Shown: piece after piece, positions 1 to 13,500 of the stretch
How the letters are laid out: every line of letters starts with the position of its first letter
Numbering within the stretch: the stretch's first letter is position 1
Assembly: GCF_030144855.1 (NCBI RefSeq)
Contig: NC_082712.1
Coordinates: forward strand, 137,206,001-137,270,000
Length of the DNA: 64,000 bases
Reading direction: 5' to 3'
Source of the DNA: Hypanus sabinus
Taxonomy: Eukaryota
Position numbers and translations under genes: made by a program
Notes under the pieces: model-generated
Database searches by the model: none
What the model was told of the DNA's origin: nothing
Seen by the model: only the letters and a program-made list of their open reading frames with translations

Positions 1-450
1 GGTGACCTCTGAATCGAAATAAAGTAAACTTATTTGTCTCTATCAGCTCTGGCAGTGTAAGAGTGAAACAATAGTGATTCATAGCCAGAATTTAACCAAA
101 CGTAAAAACATATAGCTACAACTGAATTTGAATGCGTAGGTTCCAAAGCAAAATCCCACATACTTTTAAAATGGAGGAATTGTGGAATAATTCCCGTCTG
201 ATAACACTAAGTTCTCAAGGTCCTATTTATGATATGCAGGTCTGTACAAAAGAGACATGTGCCACAAGACCTGTTGCAAACTTCAACAATCTACCTTACC
301 CCAGAGAGTTTGACGGATGGAATGTAGACAAAATCTTCAGGGATGCTTCAGGCATTCAGCAGGCAATGTCTTCAGGAAATTTTAAGGGATTAGTGAAAAG
401 TGAATCCCACTTTGTTTACAACAGAAGCCTTGCAACTGTAAAGATAATAC

Positions 451-540
451 CTACAGCATTTTCCATATTTTCCTTACTTTCATCCCTGAACTCATTTACA
501 TGTCCATCTGGTTCTATTTCTTCATCTGTTCCATTCGAAA
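451..540 (-). CDS. Array mini-exon a (90 nt, VSNGTDEEIEPDGHVNEFRDESKENMENAV), leftmost copy
   Basis: Minus strand tatccttatattgatgacAG|tttcg...gctgtag|GTatta, phase 1-1, open in all 16 copies: 451,2017,3555,5087,6653,8220,9786,11352,12918,14484,15356,16922,18488,20054,21620,23186 (+89 each). Splicing is inferred. Confidence 0.6.
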
Positions 541-780
541 CTGTCATCAATATAAGGATACTTTATTGAGGAATTTAGGGAAAATACCCTGTGTGTGATG
601 TTAAGTGAATTATATTGATAACAGTCACAAGAATTAAGAGATGGTAATCACATGCAATTTACAGAAGCTGGAAGAAATCTGCTAAGTTGTACTGATGACA
701 ACATTGACAGAGGCATGACATTCGTAACACTTTCTAAACAGCTGTTAGCATTTCGTGAATGCATGCAGTGCTGTTGTATT

Positions 781-916
781 GCAGGATATAGGCAGAGAGT
801 AAAGAGAGCAGCCCCAGTAGTAAGGGCCATGAATATATGATCAAGGGAGGATGAGGATTATTTACATGACTGCTTTCAATTAGTGGATGAGGCCATCTTC
901 AAGGAAGCATCTTCAG
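781..916 (+). mobile_element. Rex1/Babar-type LINE ORF2 fragment embedded in every array unit
   Basis: Translates as EYRQRVKRAAPVVRAMNI*SREDEDYLHDCFQLVDEAIFKEASS, resembling the post-endonuclease region of Rex1-like ORF2. The flank copy at ~24140-24290 runs into RT motifs of the same LINE type. Confidence 0.65.
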
Positions 917-1172
917 ATAACCTGGTGGATGATAAATTGTTCAATTTTGCTATGGAAAGGAGACATGAATTTTCCAGGGATTATCCAGGCGAGAAGCAGG
1001 CCATGTCTTCAGAAAATTTCTGGGGATTTAGAATTGGCAGGCCACTGTCTATGAACCACAATTAATTCCCACTCCAACTGCTTTAGGAGTTGTGCAATGG
1101 CAAGAAAAAGGAACAGACAAAATAAATGCATTATTTTTTTGTTTTTTTCCTAAAATTTGTGCCTTAACTTAC

Positions 1173-1214
1173 CTGCATCTTTGGGTTGTTCTGTCTTGGG
1201 TTCTGCATTTGGCT
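1173..1214 (-). CDS. Array mini-exon b (42 nt; this copy EPNAEPKTEQPKDA, consensus EPNAEPKTEQSKDA), leftmost copy
   Basis: Minus strand consensus ttgtttctttgatttcAG|agcca...gatgcag|GTAAGT: strong consensus sites, phase 1-1. 14 copies start at 1173,2711,4243,5809,7376,8942,10508,12074,13640,16078,17644,19210,20776,22342. Confidence 0.65.
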
Positions 1215-1449
1215 CTGTAATCAAAGAAACAATATGTGTGAGACCTGGGATATAGTGTCCATGGACTGTGACGGACATCCATGATGTGCAATGCTCCCAA
1301 ATAACATGTACTTTCAGGGCTGGTAGGAAAGTTGAATATTTAAGCAATCTTCTGGTTGTGCTGCTTAATGAATAATGGTGACAGTATTCCCAGAATTAAC
1401 TAGAAGATAATTGTGTGTAATCTACAGAAACTGCAATGCAAGCAAAGAA

Positions 1450-1574
1450 TCATGAAACTTTCAACAATTCTCTGGGTATCTCAACAAATATAACAGCTTC
1501 ATTTTCTTCTGAATTTTGATCGGTCAGCTTCTCCCCTTCCTTTTCATGTTCATCAGGCTTTCCTGGGGTGAACT
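1450..1574 (-). CDS. Array exon c (terminal type; consensus EVTPGKPDEHEKEGEKLTDQNSEENEAVIF[VL]EIPRELLKVS*)
   Basis: Consensus acceptor gtttactttatttcgattcAG, phase-1 frame open for 41 codons to TGA, no phase-1 GT donor before the stop. 14 full copies (e.g. 2988-3112, 21053-21177, 22619-22743) plus a partial copy at 1-8. Confidence 0.5.
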
Positions 1575-4500
1575 CTGAATCGAAATTAAGTAAACTTATT
1601 TGTCTCTATCAGCTATGGCAGTGTAAGAGTGAAACAATAGTGATTCATAGCCAGAATTTAACCAAACGTAAAAACATATAGCAACAACTGAATTTGAATG
1701 CGTAGGTTCCAAAGCAAAATCCCACATACTTTTAAAATGGAGGAATTGTGGAATAATTCCCGTCCGATTACACTAACTTCTCAAGGTCCTATCTATGATA
1801 TGCAGGTCTGTACAAAAGAGACATGCGCCACAAGACCTGTTGCAAAGTTCAACAATCTACCTTACCCCAGAGAGTTTGACGGATGGAATGTAGACAATAT
1901 CTTCATGGATGTTTCAGGCATTCAGCAGGCAATGTCTTCAGGAAATTTTAAGGGATTAGTGAAAAGTGAATCCCACTTTGTTTACAACAGAAGCCTTGCA
2001 ACTGTAAAGATAATACCTACAGCATTTTCCATATTTTCCTTACTTTCATCCCTGAACTCATTTACATGTCCATCTGGTTCTATTTCTTCATCTGTTCCAT
2101 TCGAAACTGTCATCAATATAAGGATACTTTATTGAGGAATTTAGGGAAAATACCCTGTGTGTGATGTTAAGTGAATTATATTGATAACAGTCACAAGAAT
2201 TAAGAGATGGTAATCACATGCAATTTACAGAAGCTGGAAGAAATCTGCTAAGTTGTACTGATGACAACATTGACAGAGGCATGACATTCGTAACACTTTC
2301 TAAACAGCTGTTAGCATTTCGTGAATGCATGCAGTGCTGTTGTATTGCAGAATATAGGCAGAGAGTAAAGAGAGCAGCCCCAGTAGTAAGGGCCATGAAT
2401 ATATGATCAAGGGAGGATGAGGATTATTTACATGACTGCTTTCAATTAGTGGATGAGGCCATCTTCAAGGAAGCATCTTCAATTTTGCTATGGAAAGGAG
2501 ACATGAATTTTCCAGGGTTTATCCAGGCGAGAAGCAGGCCATGTCTTCAGAAAATTTCTGGGGATTTAGAATTGGCAGGCCACTGTCTATGAACCACAAT
2601 TAATTCCCACTCCAACTGCTTTAGGAGTTGTGCAATGGCAAGAAAAAGGAACAGACAAAATAAATGCATTATTTTTTTGTTTTTTTCCTAAAATTTGTGC
2701 CTTAACTTACCTGCATCTTTGGGTTGTTCTGTCTTGGGTTCTGCATTTGGCTCTGAAATCAAAGAAACAATATGTGTGAGACCTGGGATATAGTGTCCAT
2801 GGACTGTGACGGACATCCATGATGTGCAATGCTCCCAAATAACATGTACTTTCAGGGCTGGTAGGAAAGTTGAATATTTAAGCAATCTTCTGGTTGTGCT
2901 GCTTAATGAATAATGGTGACAGTATTCCCAGAACTAACTAGAAGATAATTGTGTGTAATCTACAGAAACTGCAATGCAAGCAAAGAATCATGAAACTTTC
3001 AACAATTCTCTGGGTATCTCAAGAAATATAACAGCTTCATTGTCTTCTGAATTTTGATCGGTCAGCTTCTCCCCTTCCTTTTCATGTTCATCAGGCTTTC
3101 CTGGGGTGACCTCTGAATCGAAATAAAGTAAACTTATTTGTCTCTATCAGCTCTGGCAGTGTAAGAGTGAAACGATAGTGATTCATAGCCAGAATTTAAC
3201 CAAACGTAAAAACATATAGCTACAACTGAATTTGAATGCGTAGGTTCCAAAGCAAAATCCCACATACTTTTAAAATGGAGGAATTGTGGAATAATTCCCG
3301 TCTGATTACACTAACTTCTCAAGGTCCTATTTATGATATGCAGGTCTGTACAAAAGAGACATGTGCCACAAGACCTGTTGCAAACTTCAACAATCTACCT
3401 TACCCCAGAGAGTTTGACGGATGGAATGTAGACAAAATCTTCAGGGATGCTTCAGGCATTCAGCAGGCAATGTCTTCAGGAAATTTTAAGGGATTAGTGA
3501 AAAGTGAATCCCACTTTGTTTACAACAGAAGCCTTGCAACTGTAAAGATAATACCTACAGCATTTTCCATATTTTCCTTACTTTCATCCCTGAACTCATT
3601 TACATGTCCATCTGGATCTATTTCTTCATCTGTTCCATTCGAAACTGTCATCAATATACTTTATTGAGGAATTTAGGGAAAATACCCTGTGTGTGATGTT
3701 AAGTGAATTATATTGATAACAGTCACAAGAATTAAGAGATGGTAATCACATGCAATTTACAGAAGCTGGAAGAAATCTGCTAAGTTGTACTGATGACAAC
3801 ATTGACAGAGGCATGACATTCGTAACACTTTCTAAACAGCTGTTAGCATTTCGTGAATGCATGCAGTGCTGTTGTATTGCAGGATATAGGCAGAGAGTAA
3901 AGAGAGCAGCCCCAGTAGTAAGGGCCATGAATATATGATCAAGGGAGGATGAGGATTATTTACATGACTGCTTTCAATTAGTGGATGAGGCCATCTTCAA
4001 GGAAGCATCTTCAATTTTGCTATGGAAAGGAGACATGAATTTTCCAGGGATTATCCAGGCGAGAAGCAGGCCATGTCTTCAGAAAATTTCTGGGGATTTA
4101 GAATTGGCAGGCCACTGTCTATGAACCACAATTAATTCCCACTCCAACTGCTTTAGGAGTTGTGCAATGGCAAGAAAAAGGAACAGACAAAATAAATGCA
4201 TTATTTTTTTGTTTTTTTCCTAAAATTTGTGCCTTAACTTACCTGCATCTTTGGATTGTTCTGTCTTGGGTTCTGCATTTGGCTCTGAAATCAAAGAAAC
4301 AATATGTGTGAGACCTGGGATATAGTGTCCATGGACTGTGACGGACATCCATGATGTGCAATGCTCCCAAATAACATGTACTTTCAGGGCTGGTAGGAAA
4401 GTTGAATATTTAAGCAATCTTCTGGTTGTGCTGCTTAATGAATAATGGTGACAGTATTCCCAGAATTAACTAGAAGATAATTGTGTGTAATCTACAGAAA

Positions 4501-7500
4501 CTGCAATGCAAGCAAAGAATCATGAAACTTTCAACAATTCTCTGGGTATCTCAAGAAATATAACAGCTTCATTTTCTTCTGAATTTTGATCGGTCAGCTT
4601 CTCCCCTTCCTTTTCATGTTCATCAGGCTTTCCTGGGGTGACCTCTGAATCGAAATAAAGTAAACTTATTTGTCTCTATCAGCTCTGGCAGTGTAAGAGT
4701 GAAACGATAGTGATTCATAGCCAGAATTTAACCAAACGTAAAAACATATAGCAACAACTGAATTTGAATGCGTAGGTTCCAAAGCAAAATCCCACATACT
4801 TTTAAAATGGAGGAATTGTGGAATAATTCCCGTCTGATTACACTAACTTCTCAAGGTCCTATCAATGATATGCAGGTCTGTACAAAAGAGACATGTGCCA
4901 CAAGACCTGTTGCAAACTTCAACAATCTACCTTACCCCAGAGAGTTTGACGGATGGAATGTAGACAAAATCTTCAGGGATGCTTCAGGCATTCAGCAGGC
5001 AATGTCTTCAGGAAATTTTAAGGGATTAGTGAAAAGTGAATCCCACTTTGTTTACAACAGAAGCCTTGCAACTGTAAAGATAATACCTACAGCATTTTCC
5101 ATATTTTCCATACTTTCATCCCTGAACTCATTTACATGTCCATCTGGTTCTATTTCTTCATCTGTTCCATTCGAAACTGTCATCAATATAAGGATACTTT
5201 ATTGAGGAATTTAGGGAAAATACCCTGTGTGTGATGTTAAGTGAATTATATTGATAACAGTCACAAGAATTAAGAGATGGTAATCACATGCAATTTACAG
5301 AAGCTGGAAGAAATCTGCTTAGTTGTTCTGATGACAACATTGACAGAGGCATGACATTCGTTACACTTACTAAACAGCTGTTAGCATTTCGTGAATGCAT
5401 GCAGTGCTGTTGTATTGCAGAATATAGGCAGAGAGTAAAGAGAGCAGCCCCAGTAGTAAGGGCCATGAATATATGATCAAGGGAGGATGAGGATTATTTA
5501 CATGACTGCTTTCAATTAGTGGATGAGGCCATCTTCAAGGAAGCATCTTCAGATAACCTGGTGGATGATAAATTGTTCAATTTTGCTATGGAAAGGAGAC
5601 TTGAAATTTCCAGGGATTATCCAGGCGAGAATCAGGCCTTATCTTCAGAAAATTTCTGGGGATTTAGAATTTGCAGGCCTCTGTCTATGAACCACAATTA
5701 ATTCCCACTCCAACTGCTTTAGGAGTTGTGCAATGGCAAGAAAAAGGAACAGACAAAATAAATGCATTATTTTTTTGTTTTTTTCCTAAAATTTGTGCCT
5801 TAACTTACCTGCATCTTTGGATTGTTCTGTCTTGGGTTCTGCATTTGGCTCTGAAATCAAAGAAACAATATGTGTGAGACCTGGGATATAGTGCCCATGG
5901 ACTGTGACGGACATCCATGGTGTGCAATGCTCCCAAATAACAAGTACTTTCAGGGCTGGTAGGAAAGTTGAATATTTAAGCAATCTTCTGGTTGTGCTGC
6001 TTAATGAATAATGGTGACAGTATTCCCAGAATTAACTAGAAGATAATTGTGTGTAATCTACAGAAACTGCAATGCAAGCAAAGAATCATGAAACTTTCAA
6101 CAATTCTCTGGGTATCTCAACAAATATAACAGCTTCATTTTCTTCTGAATTTTGATCGGTCAGCTTCTCCCCTTCCTTTTCATGTTCATCAGGCTTTCCT
6201 GGGGTGACCTCTGAATCGAAATAAAGTAAACTTATTTGTCTCTATCAGCTCTGGCAGTGTAAGAGTGAAACGATAGTGATTCACAGCCAGAATTTAACCA
6301 AACGTAAAAACATATAGCTACAACTGAATTTGAATGCGTAGGTTCCAAAGCAAAATCCCACATACTTTTAAAATGGAGGAATTGTGGAATAATTCCCGTC
6401 TGATTACACTAACTTCTCAAGGTCCTATATATGATATGCAGGTCTGTACAAAAGAGACATGTGCCACAAGACCTGTTGCAAACTTCAACAATCTACCTTA
6501 CCCCAGAGAGTTTGACGGATGGAATGTGGACAAAATCTTCAGGGATGCTTCAGGCATTCAGCAGGCAATGTCTTCAGGAAATTTTAAGGGATTAGTGAAA
6601 AGTGAATCCCACTTTGTTTACAACAGAAGCCTTGCAACTGTAAAGATAATACCTACAGCATTTTCCATATTTTCCTTACTTTCATCCCTGAACTCATTTA
6701 CATGTCCATCTGGTTCTATTTCTTCATCTGTTCCATTCGAAACTGTCATCAATATAAGGATACTTTATTGAGGAATTTAGGGAAAATACCCTGTGTGTGA
6801 TGTTAAGTGAATTATATTGATAACAGTCACAAGCATTAAGAGATGGTAATCACATGCAATTTACAGAAGCTGGAAGAAATCTGCTAAGTTGTACTGATGA
6901 CAACATTGACAGAGGCATGACATTCGTAACACTTTCTAAACAGCTGTTAGCATTTCGTGAATGCATGCAGTGCTGTTGTATTGCAGAATATAGGCAGAGA
7001 GTAAAGAGAGCAGCCCCAGAAGTAAGGGCCATGAATATATGATCAAGGGAGGATGAGGATTATTTACATGACTGCTTTCAATTAGTGGATGAGGCCATCT
7101 TCAAGGAAGCATCTTCAGATAACCTGGTGGATGATAAATTGTTCAATTTTGCTATGGAAAGGAGACATGAATTTTCCAGGGATTATCCAGGCGAGAAGCA
7201 GGCCATATCTTCAGAAAATTTCTGGGGATTTAGAATTTGCAGGCCACTGTCTATGAACCACAATTAATTCCCACTCCAACTGCTTGAGGAGTTGTGCAAT
7301 GGCAAGAAAAAGGAACAGACAAAATAAATGCATTATTTTTTTGTTTTTTTTCCTAAAATTTGTGCCTTAACTTACCTGCATCGTTGGATTGTGCTTCCGT
7401 GGGGTCTGCATTTGTGTCTGAAATCAAAGAAACGATATGTGTGAGACCTGGGATATAGTGTCCATGGACAGTGACGGACATCCATGGTGTGCAATGCTCC

Positions 7501-10500
7501 CAAATAACATGTAATTTCAGGGCTGGTAGGAAAGTTGAATATTTAAGCAATCTTCTGGTTGTGCTGCTTAATGAATAATGGTGACAGTATTCCCAGAATT
7601 AACTAGAAGATAATTGTGTGTAATCTACAGAAACTGCAATGCAAGCAAAGAATCATGAAACTTTCAACAATTCTCTGGGTATCTCAAGAAATATAACAGC
7701 TTCATTGTCTTCTGAATTTTGATCGGTCAGCTTCTCCCCTTCCTTTTCATGTTCATCAGGCTTTCCTGGGGTGACCTCTGAATCGAAATAAAGTAAACTT
7801 ATTTGTCTCTATCAGCTCTGGCAGAGTAAGAGTGAAACGATATTGATTCATAGCCAGAATTTAACCAAACGTAAAAACATATAGCTACAACTGAATTTGA
7901 ATGCGTAGGTTCCAAAGCAAAATCCCACATACTTTTAAAATGGAGGAATTGTGGAATAATTCCCGTCTGATTACACTAACTTCTCAAGGTCCTATCTATG
8001 ATATGCAGGTCTGTACAAAAGAGACATGTGCCACAAGACCTGTTGCAAACTTCAACAATCTACCTTACCCCAGAGAGTTTGACGGATGGAATGTAGACAA
8101 AATCTTCAGGGATGCTTCAGGCATTCAGCAGGCAATGTCTTCAGGAAATTTTAAGGGATTAGTGAAAAGTGAATCCCACTTTGTTTACAACAGAAGCCTT
8201 GCAACTGTAAAGATAATACCTACAGCATTTTCCATATTTTCCTTACTTTCATCCCTGAACTCATTTACATGTCCATCTGGTTCTATTTCTTCATCTGTTC
8301 CATTCGAAACAGTCATCAATATAAGGATACTTTATTGAGGAATTTAGGGAAAATACCCTGTGTGTGATGTTAAGTGAATTATATTGATAACAGTCACAAG
8401 AATTAAGAGATGGTAATCACATGCAATTTACAGAAGCTGGAAGAAATCTGCTAAGTTGTACGGATGACAACATTGACAGATGTATGACATTTTTAACACT
8501 TTCTGAACAGTTGTTTGCATTTCGTGAATGCATGCATTGCTGTTGTAATGCAGAATATAGGCAGAGAGTAAAGAGAGCAGCCCCAGTAGTAAGGGCCATG
8601 AATATATGATCAAGGGAGGATGAGGATTATTTACATGACTGCTTTCAATTAGTGGATGAGGCCATCTTCAAGGAAGCATCTTCAGATAACCTGGTGGATG
8701 ATAAATTGTTCAATTTTGCTATGGAAAGGAGACATGAATTTTCCAGGGATTATCCAGGCGAGAAGCAGGCCATACCTTCAGAAAATTTCTGGGGATTTAG
8801 AATTTGCAGGCCACTGTCTATGAACCACAATTAATTCCCACTCCAACTGCTTTAGGAGTTGTGCAATGGCAAGAAAAAGGAACAGACAAAATAAATGCAT
8901 TATTTTTTTGTTTTTTTCCTAAAATTTGTGCCTTAACTTACCTGCATCTTTGGATTGTTCTGTCTTGGGTTCTGCATTTGGCTCTGAAATCAAAGAAACA
9001 ATATGTGTGAGACCTGGGATATAGTGTCCATGGACTGTGACGGACATCCATGATGTGCAATGCTCCCAAATAACATGTACTTTCAGGGCTGGTAGGAAAG
9101 TTGAATATTTAAGCAATCTTCTGGTTGTGCTGCTTAATGAATAATGGTGACAGTATTCCCAGAATTAACTAGAAGATAATTGTGTGTAATCTACAGAAAC
9201 TGCAATGCAAGCAAAGAATCATGAAACTTTCAACAATTCTCTGGGTATCTCAACAAATATAACAGCTTCATTTTCTTCTGAATTTTGATCGGTCAGCTTC
9301 TCCCCTTCCTTTTCATGTTCATCAGGCTTTCCTGGGGTGACCTCTGAATCGAAATAAAGTAAACTTATTTGTCTCTATCAGCTCTGGCAGTGTAAGAGTG
9401 AAACGATAGTGATTCATAGCCAGAATTTAACCAAACGTAAAAACATATAGCAACAACTGAATTTGAATGCGTAGGTTCCAAAGCAAAATCCCACATACTT
9501 TTAAAATGGAGGAATTGTGGAATAATTCCCGTCTGATTACACTAACTTCTCAAGGTCCTATCTATGATATGCAGGTCTGTACAAAAGAGACATGTGCCAC
9601 AAGACCTGTTGCAAACTTCAACAATCTACCTTACCCCAGAGAGTTTGACGGATGGAATGTAGACAAAATCTTCAGGGATGCTTCAGGCATTCAGCAGGCA
9701 ATGTCTTCAGGAAATTTTAAGGGATTAGTGAAAAGTGAATCCCACTTTGTTTACAACAGAAGCCTTGCAACTGTAAAGATAATACCTACAGCATTTTCCA
9801 TATTTTCCTTACTTTCATCCCTGAACTCATTTACATGTCCATCTGGTTCTATTTCTTCATCTGTTCCATTCGAAACTGTCATCAATATAAGGATACTTTA
9901 TTGAGGAATTTAGGGAAAATACCCTGTGTGTGATGTTAAGTGAATTATATTGATAACAGTCACAAGAATTAAGAGATGGTAATCACATGCAATTTACAGA
10001 AGCTGGAAGAAATCTGCTAAGTTGTACTGATGACAACATTGACAGAGGCATGACATTCGTAACACTTTCTAAACAGCTGTTAGCATTTCGTGAATGCATG
10101 CAGTGCTGTTGTATTGCAGAATATAGGCAGAGAGTAAAGAGAGCAGCCCCAGTAGTAAGGGCCATGAATATATGATCAAGGGAGGATGAGGATTATTTAC
10201 ATGACTGCTTTCAATTAGTGGATGAGGCCATCTTCAAGGAAGCATCTTCAGATAACCTGGTGGATGATAAATTGTTCAATTTTGCTATGGAAAGGAGACA
10301 TGAATTTTCCAGGGATTATCCAGGCGAGAAGCAGGCCATACCTTCAGAAAATTTCTGGGGATTTAGAATTTGCAGGCCACTGTCTATGAACCACAATTAA
10401 TTCCCACTCCAACTGCTTTAGGAGTTGTGCAATGGCAAGAAAAAGGAACAGACAAAATAAATGCATTATTTTTTTGTTTTTTTCCTAAAATTTGTGCCTT

Positions 10501-13500
10501 AACTTACCTGCATCTTTGGATTGTTCTGTCTTGGGTTCTGCATTTGGCTCTGAAATCAAAGAAACAATATGTGTGAGACCTGGGATATAGTGTCCATGGA
10601 CTGTGACGGACATCCATGATGTGCAATGCTCCCAAATAACATGTAATTTCAGGGCTGGTAGGAAAGTTGAATATTTAAGCAATCTTCTGGTTGTGCTGCT
10701 TAATGAATAATGGTGACAGTATTCCCAGAATTAACTAGAAGATAATTGTGTGTAATCTACAGAAACTGCAATGCAAGCAAAGAATCATGAAACTTTCAAC
10801 AATTCTCTGGGTATCTCAAGAAATATAACAGCTTCATTTTCTTCTGAATTTTGATCGGTCAGCTTCTCCCCTTCCTTTTCATGTTCATCAGGCTTTCCTG
10901 GGGTGACCTCTGAATCGAAATAAAGTAAACTTATTTGTCTCTATCAGCTCTGGCAGTGTAAGAGTGAAACTATAGTGATTCATAGCCAGAATTTAACCAA
11001 ACGTAAAAACATATAGCAACAACTGAATTTGAATGCGTAGGTTCCAAAGCAAAATCCCACATACTTTTAAAATGGAGGAATTGTGGAATAATTCCCGTCC
11101 GATTACACTAACTTCTCAAGGTCCTATCTATGATATGCAGGTCTGTACAAAAGAGAAATGCGCCACAAGACCTGTTGCAAAGTTCAACAATCTACCTTAC
11201 CCCAGAGAGTTTGACGGATGGAATGTAGACAATATCTTCATGGATGTTTCAGGCATTCAGCAGGCAATGTCTTCAGGAAATTTTAAGGGATTAGTGAAAA
11301 GTGAATCCCACTTTGTTTACAACAGAAGCCTTGCAACTGTAAATATAATACCTACAGCATTTTCCATATTTTCCTTACTTTCATCCCTGAACTCATTTAC
11401 ATGTCCATCTGGTTCTATTTCTTCATCTGTTCCATTCGAAACTGTCATCAATATAAGGATACTTTATTGAGGAATTTAGGGAAAATACCCTGTGTGTGAT
11501 GTTAAGTGAATTATATTGATAACAGTCACAAGAATTAAGAGATGGTAATCACATGCAATTTACAGAAGCTGGAAGAAATCTGCTAAGTCGTACTGATGAC
11601 AACATTGACAGAGGCATGACATTCGTAACACTTTCTAAACAGCTGTTAGCATTTCGTGAATGCATGCAGTGCTGTTGTATTGCAGAATATAGGCAGAGAG
11701 TAAAGAGAGCAGCCCCAGCAGTAAGGGCCATGAATATATGATCAAGGGAGGATGAGGATTATTTACATGACTGCTTTCAATTAGTGGATGAGGCCATCTT
11801 CAAGGAAGCATCTTCAGATAACCTGGTGGATGATAAATTGTTCAATTTTGCTATGGAAAGGAGACATGAATTTTCCAGGGATTATCCAGGCGAGAAGCAG
11901 GCCATATCTTCAGAAAATTTCTGGGGATTTAGAATTTGCAGGCCACTGTCTATGAACCACAATTAATTCCCACTCCAACTGCTTGAGGAGTTGTGCAATG
12001 GCAAGAAAAAGGAACAGACAAAATAAATGCATTATTTTTTTGTTTTTTTCCTAAAATTTGTGCCTCAACTTACCTGCATCGTTGGATTGTGCTTCCGTGG
12101 GGTCTGCATTTGTGTCTGAAATCAAAGAAACGATATGTGTGAGACCTGGGATATAGTGTCCATGGACTGTGACGGACATCCATGATGTGCAATGCTCCCA
12201 AATAACATGTACTTTCAGGGCTGGTAGGAAAGTTGAATATTTAAGCAATCTTCTGGTTGTGCTGCTTAATGAATAATGGTGACAGTATTCCCAGAATTAA
12301 CTAGAAGATAATTGTGTGTAATCTACAGAAAATGCAATGCAAGCAAAGAATCATGAAACTTTCAACAATTCTCTGGGTATCTCAACAAATATAACAGCTT
12401 CATTTTCTTCTGAATTTTGATCGGTCAGCTTCTCCCCTTCCTTTTCATGTTCATCAGGCTTTCCTGGGGTGACCTCTGAATCGAAATAAAGTAAACTTAT
12501 TTGTCTCTATCAGCTCTGGCAGTGTAAGAGTGAAACGATAGTGATTCATAGCCAGAATTTAACCAAACGTAAAAACATATAGCAACAACTGAATTTGAAT
12601 GCGTAGGTTCCAAAGCAAAATCCCACATACTTTTAAAATGGAGGAATTGTGGAATAATTCCCGTCTGATTACACTAACTTCTCAAGGTCCTATCTATGAT
12701 ATGCAGGTCTGTACAAAAGAGACATGTGCCACAAGACCTGTTGCAAACTTCAACAATCTACCTTACCCCAGAGAGTTTGACGGATGGAATGTAGACAAAA
12801 TCTTCAGGGATGCTTCAGGCATTCAGCAGGCAATGTCTTCAGGAAATTTTAAGGGATTAGTGAAAAGTGAATCCCACTTTGTTTACAACAGAAGCCTTGC
12901 AACTGTAAAGATAATACCTACAGCATTTTCCATATTTTCCTTACTTTCATCCCTGAACTCATTTACATGTCCATCTGGTTCTATTTCTTCATCTGTTCCA
13001 TTCGAAACTGTCATCAATATAAGGATACTTTATTGAGGAATTTAGGGAAAATACCCTGTGTGTGATGTTAAGTGAATTATATTGATAACAGTCACAAGAA
13101 TTAAGAGATGGTAATCACATGCAATTTACAGAAGCTGGAAGAAATCTGCTAAGTTGTACTGATGACAACATTGACAGAGGCATGACATTCGTAACACTTT
13201 CTAAACAGCTGTTAGCATTTCGTGAATGCATGCAGTGCTGTTGTATTGCAGAATATAGGCAGAGAGTAAAGAGAGCAGCCCCAGTAGTAAGGGCCATGAA
13301 TATATGATCAAGGGAGGATGAGGATTATTTACATGACTGCTTTCAATTAGTGGATGAGGCCATCTTCAAGGAAGCATCTTCAGATAACCTGGTGGATGAT
13401 AAATTGTTCAATTTTGCTATGGAAAGGAGACATGAATTTTCCAGGGATTATCCAGGCGAGAAGCAGGCCATATCTTCAGAAAATTTCTGGGGATTTAGAA

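Noticed and set aside
132-569. Repeated 145-aa plus-strand ORF (MRRFQSK...) and the 60-68 aa ORFs in each unit
   Set aside because: No recognisable domain. They overlap LINE debris and the antisense of exon a, the 60-aa ORF is lost by a 28-bp deletion in three units, and their recurrence simply reflects the DNA repeat.
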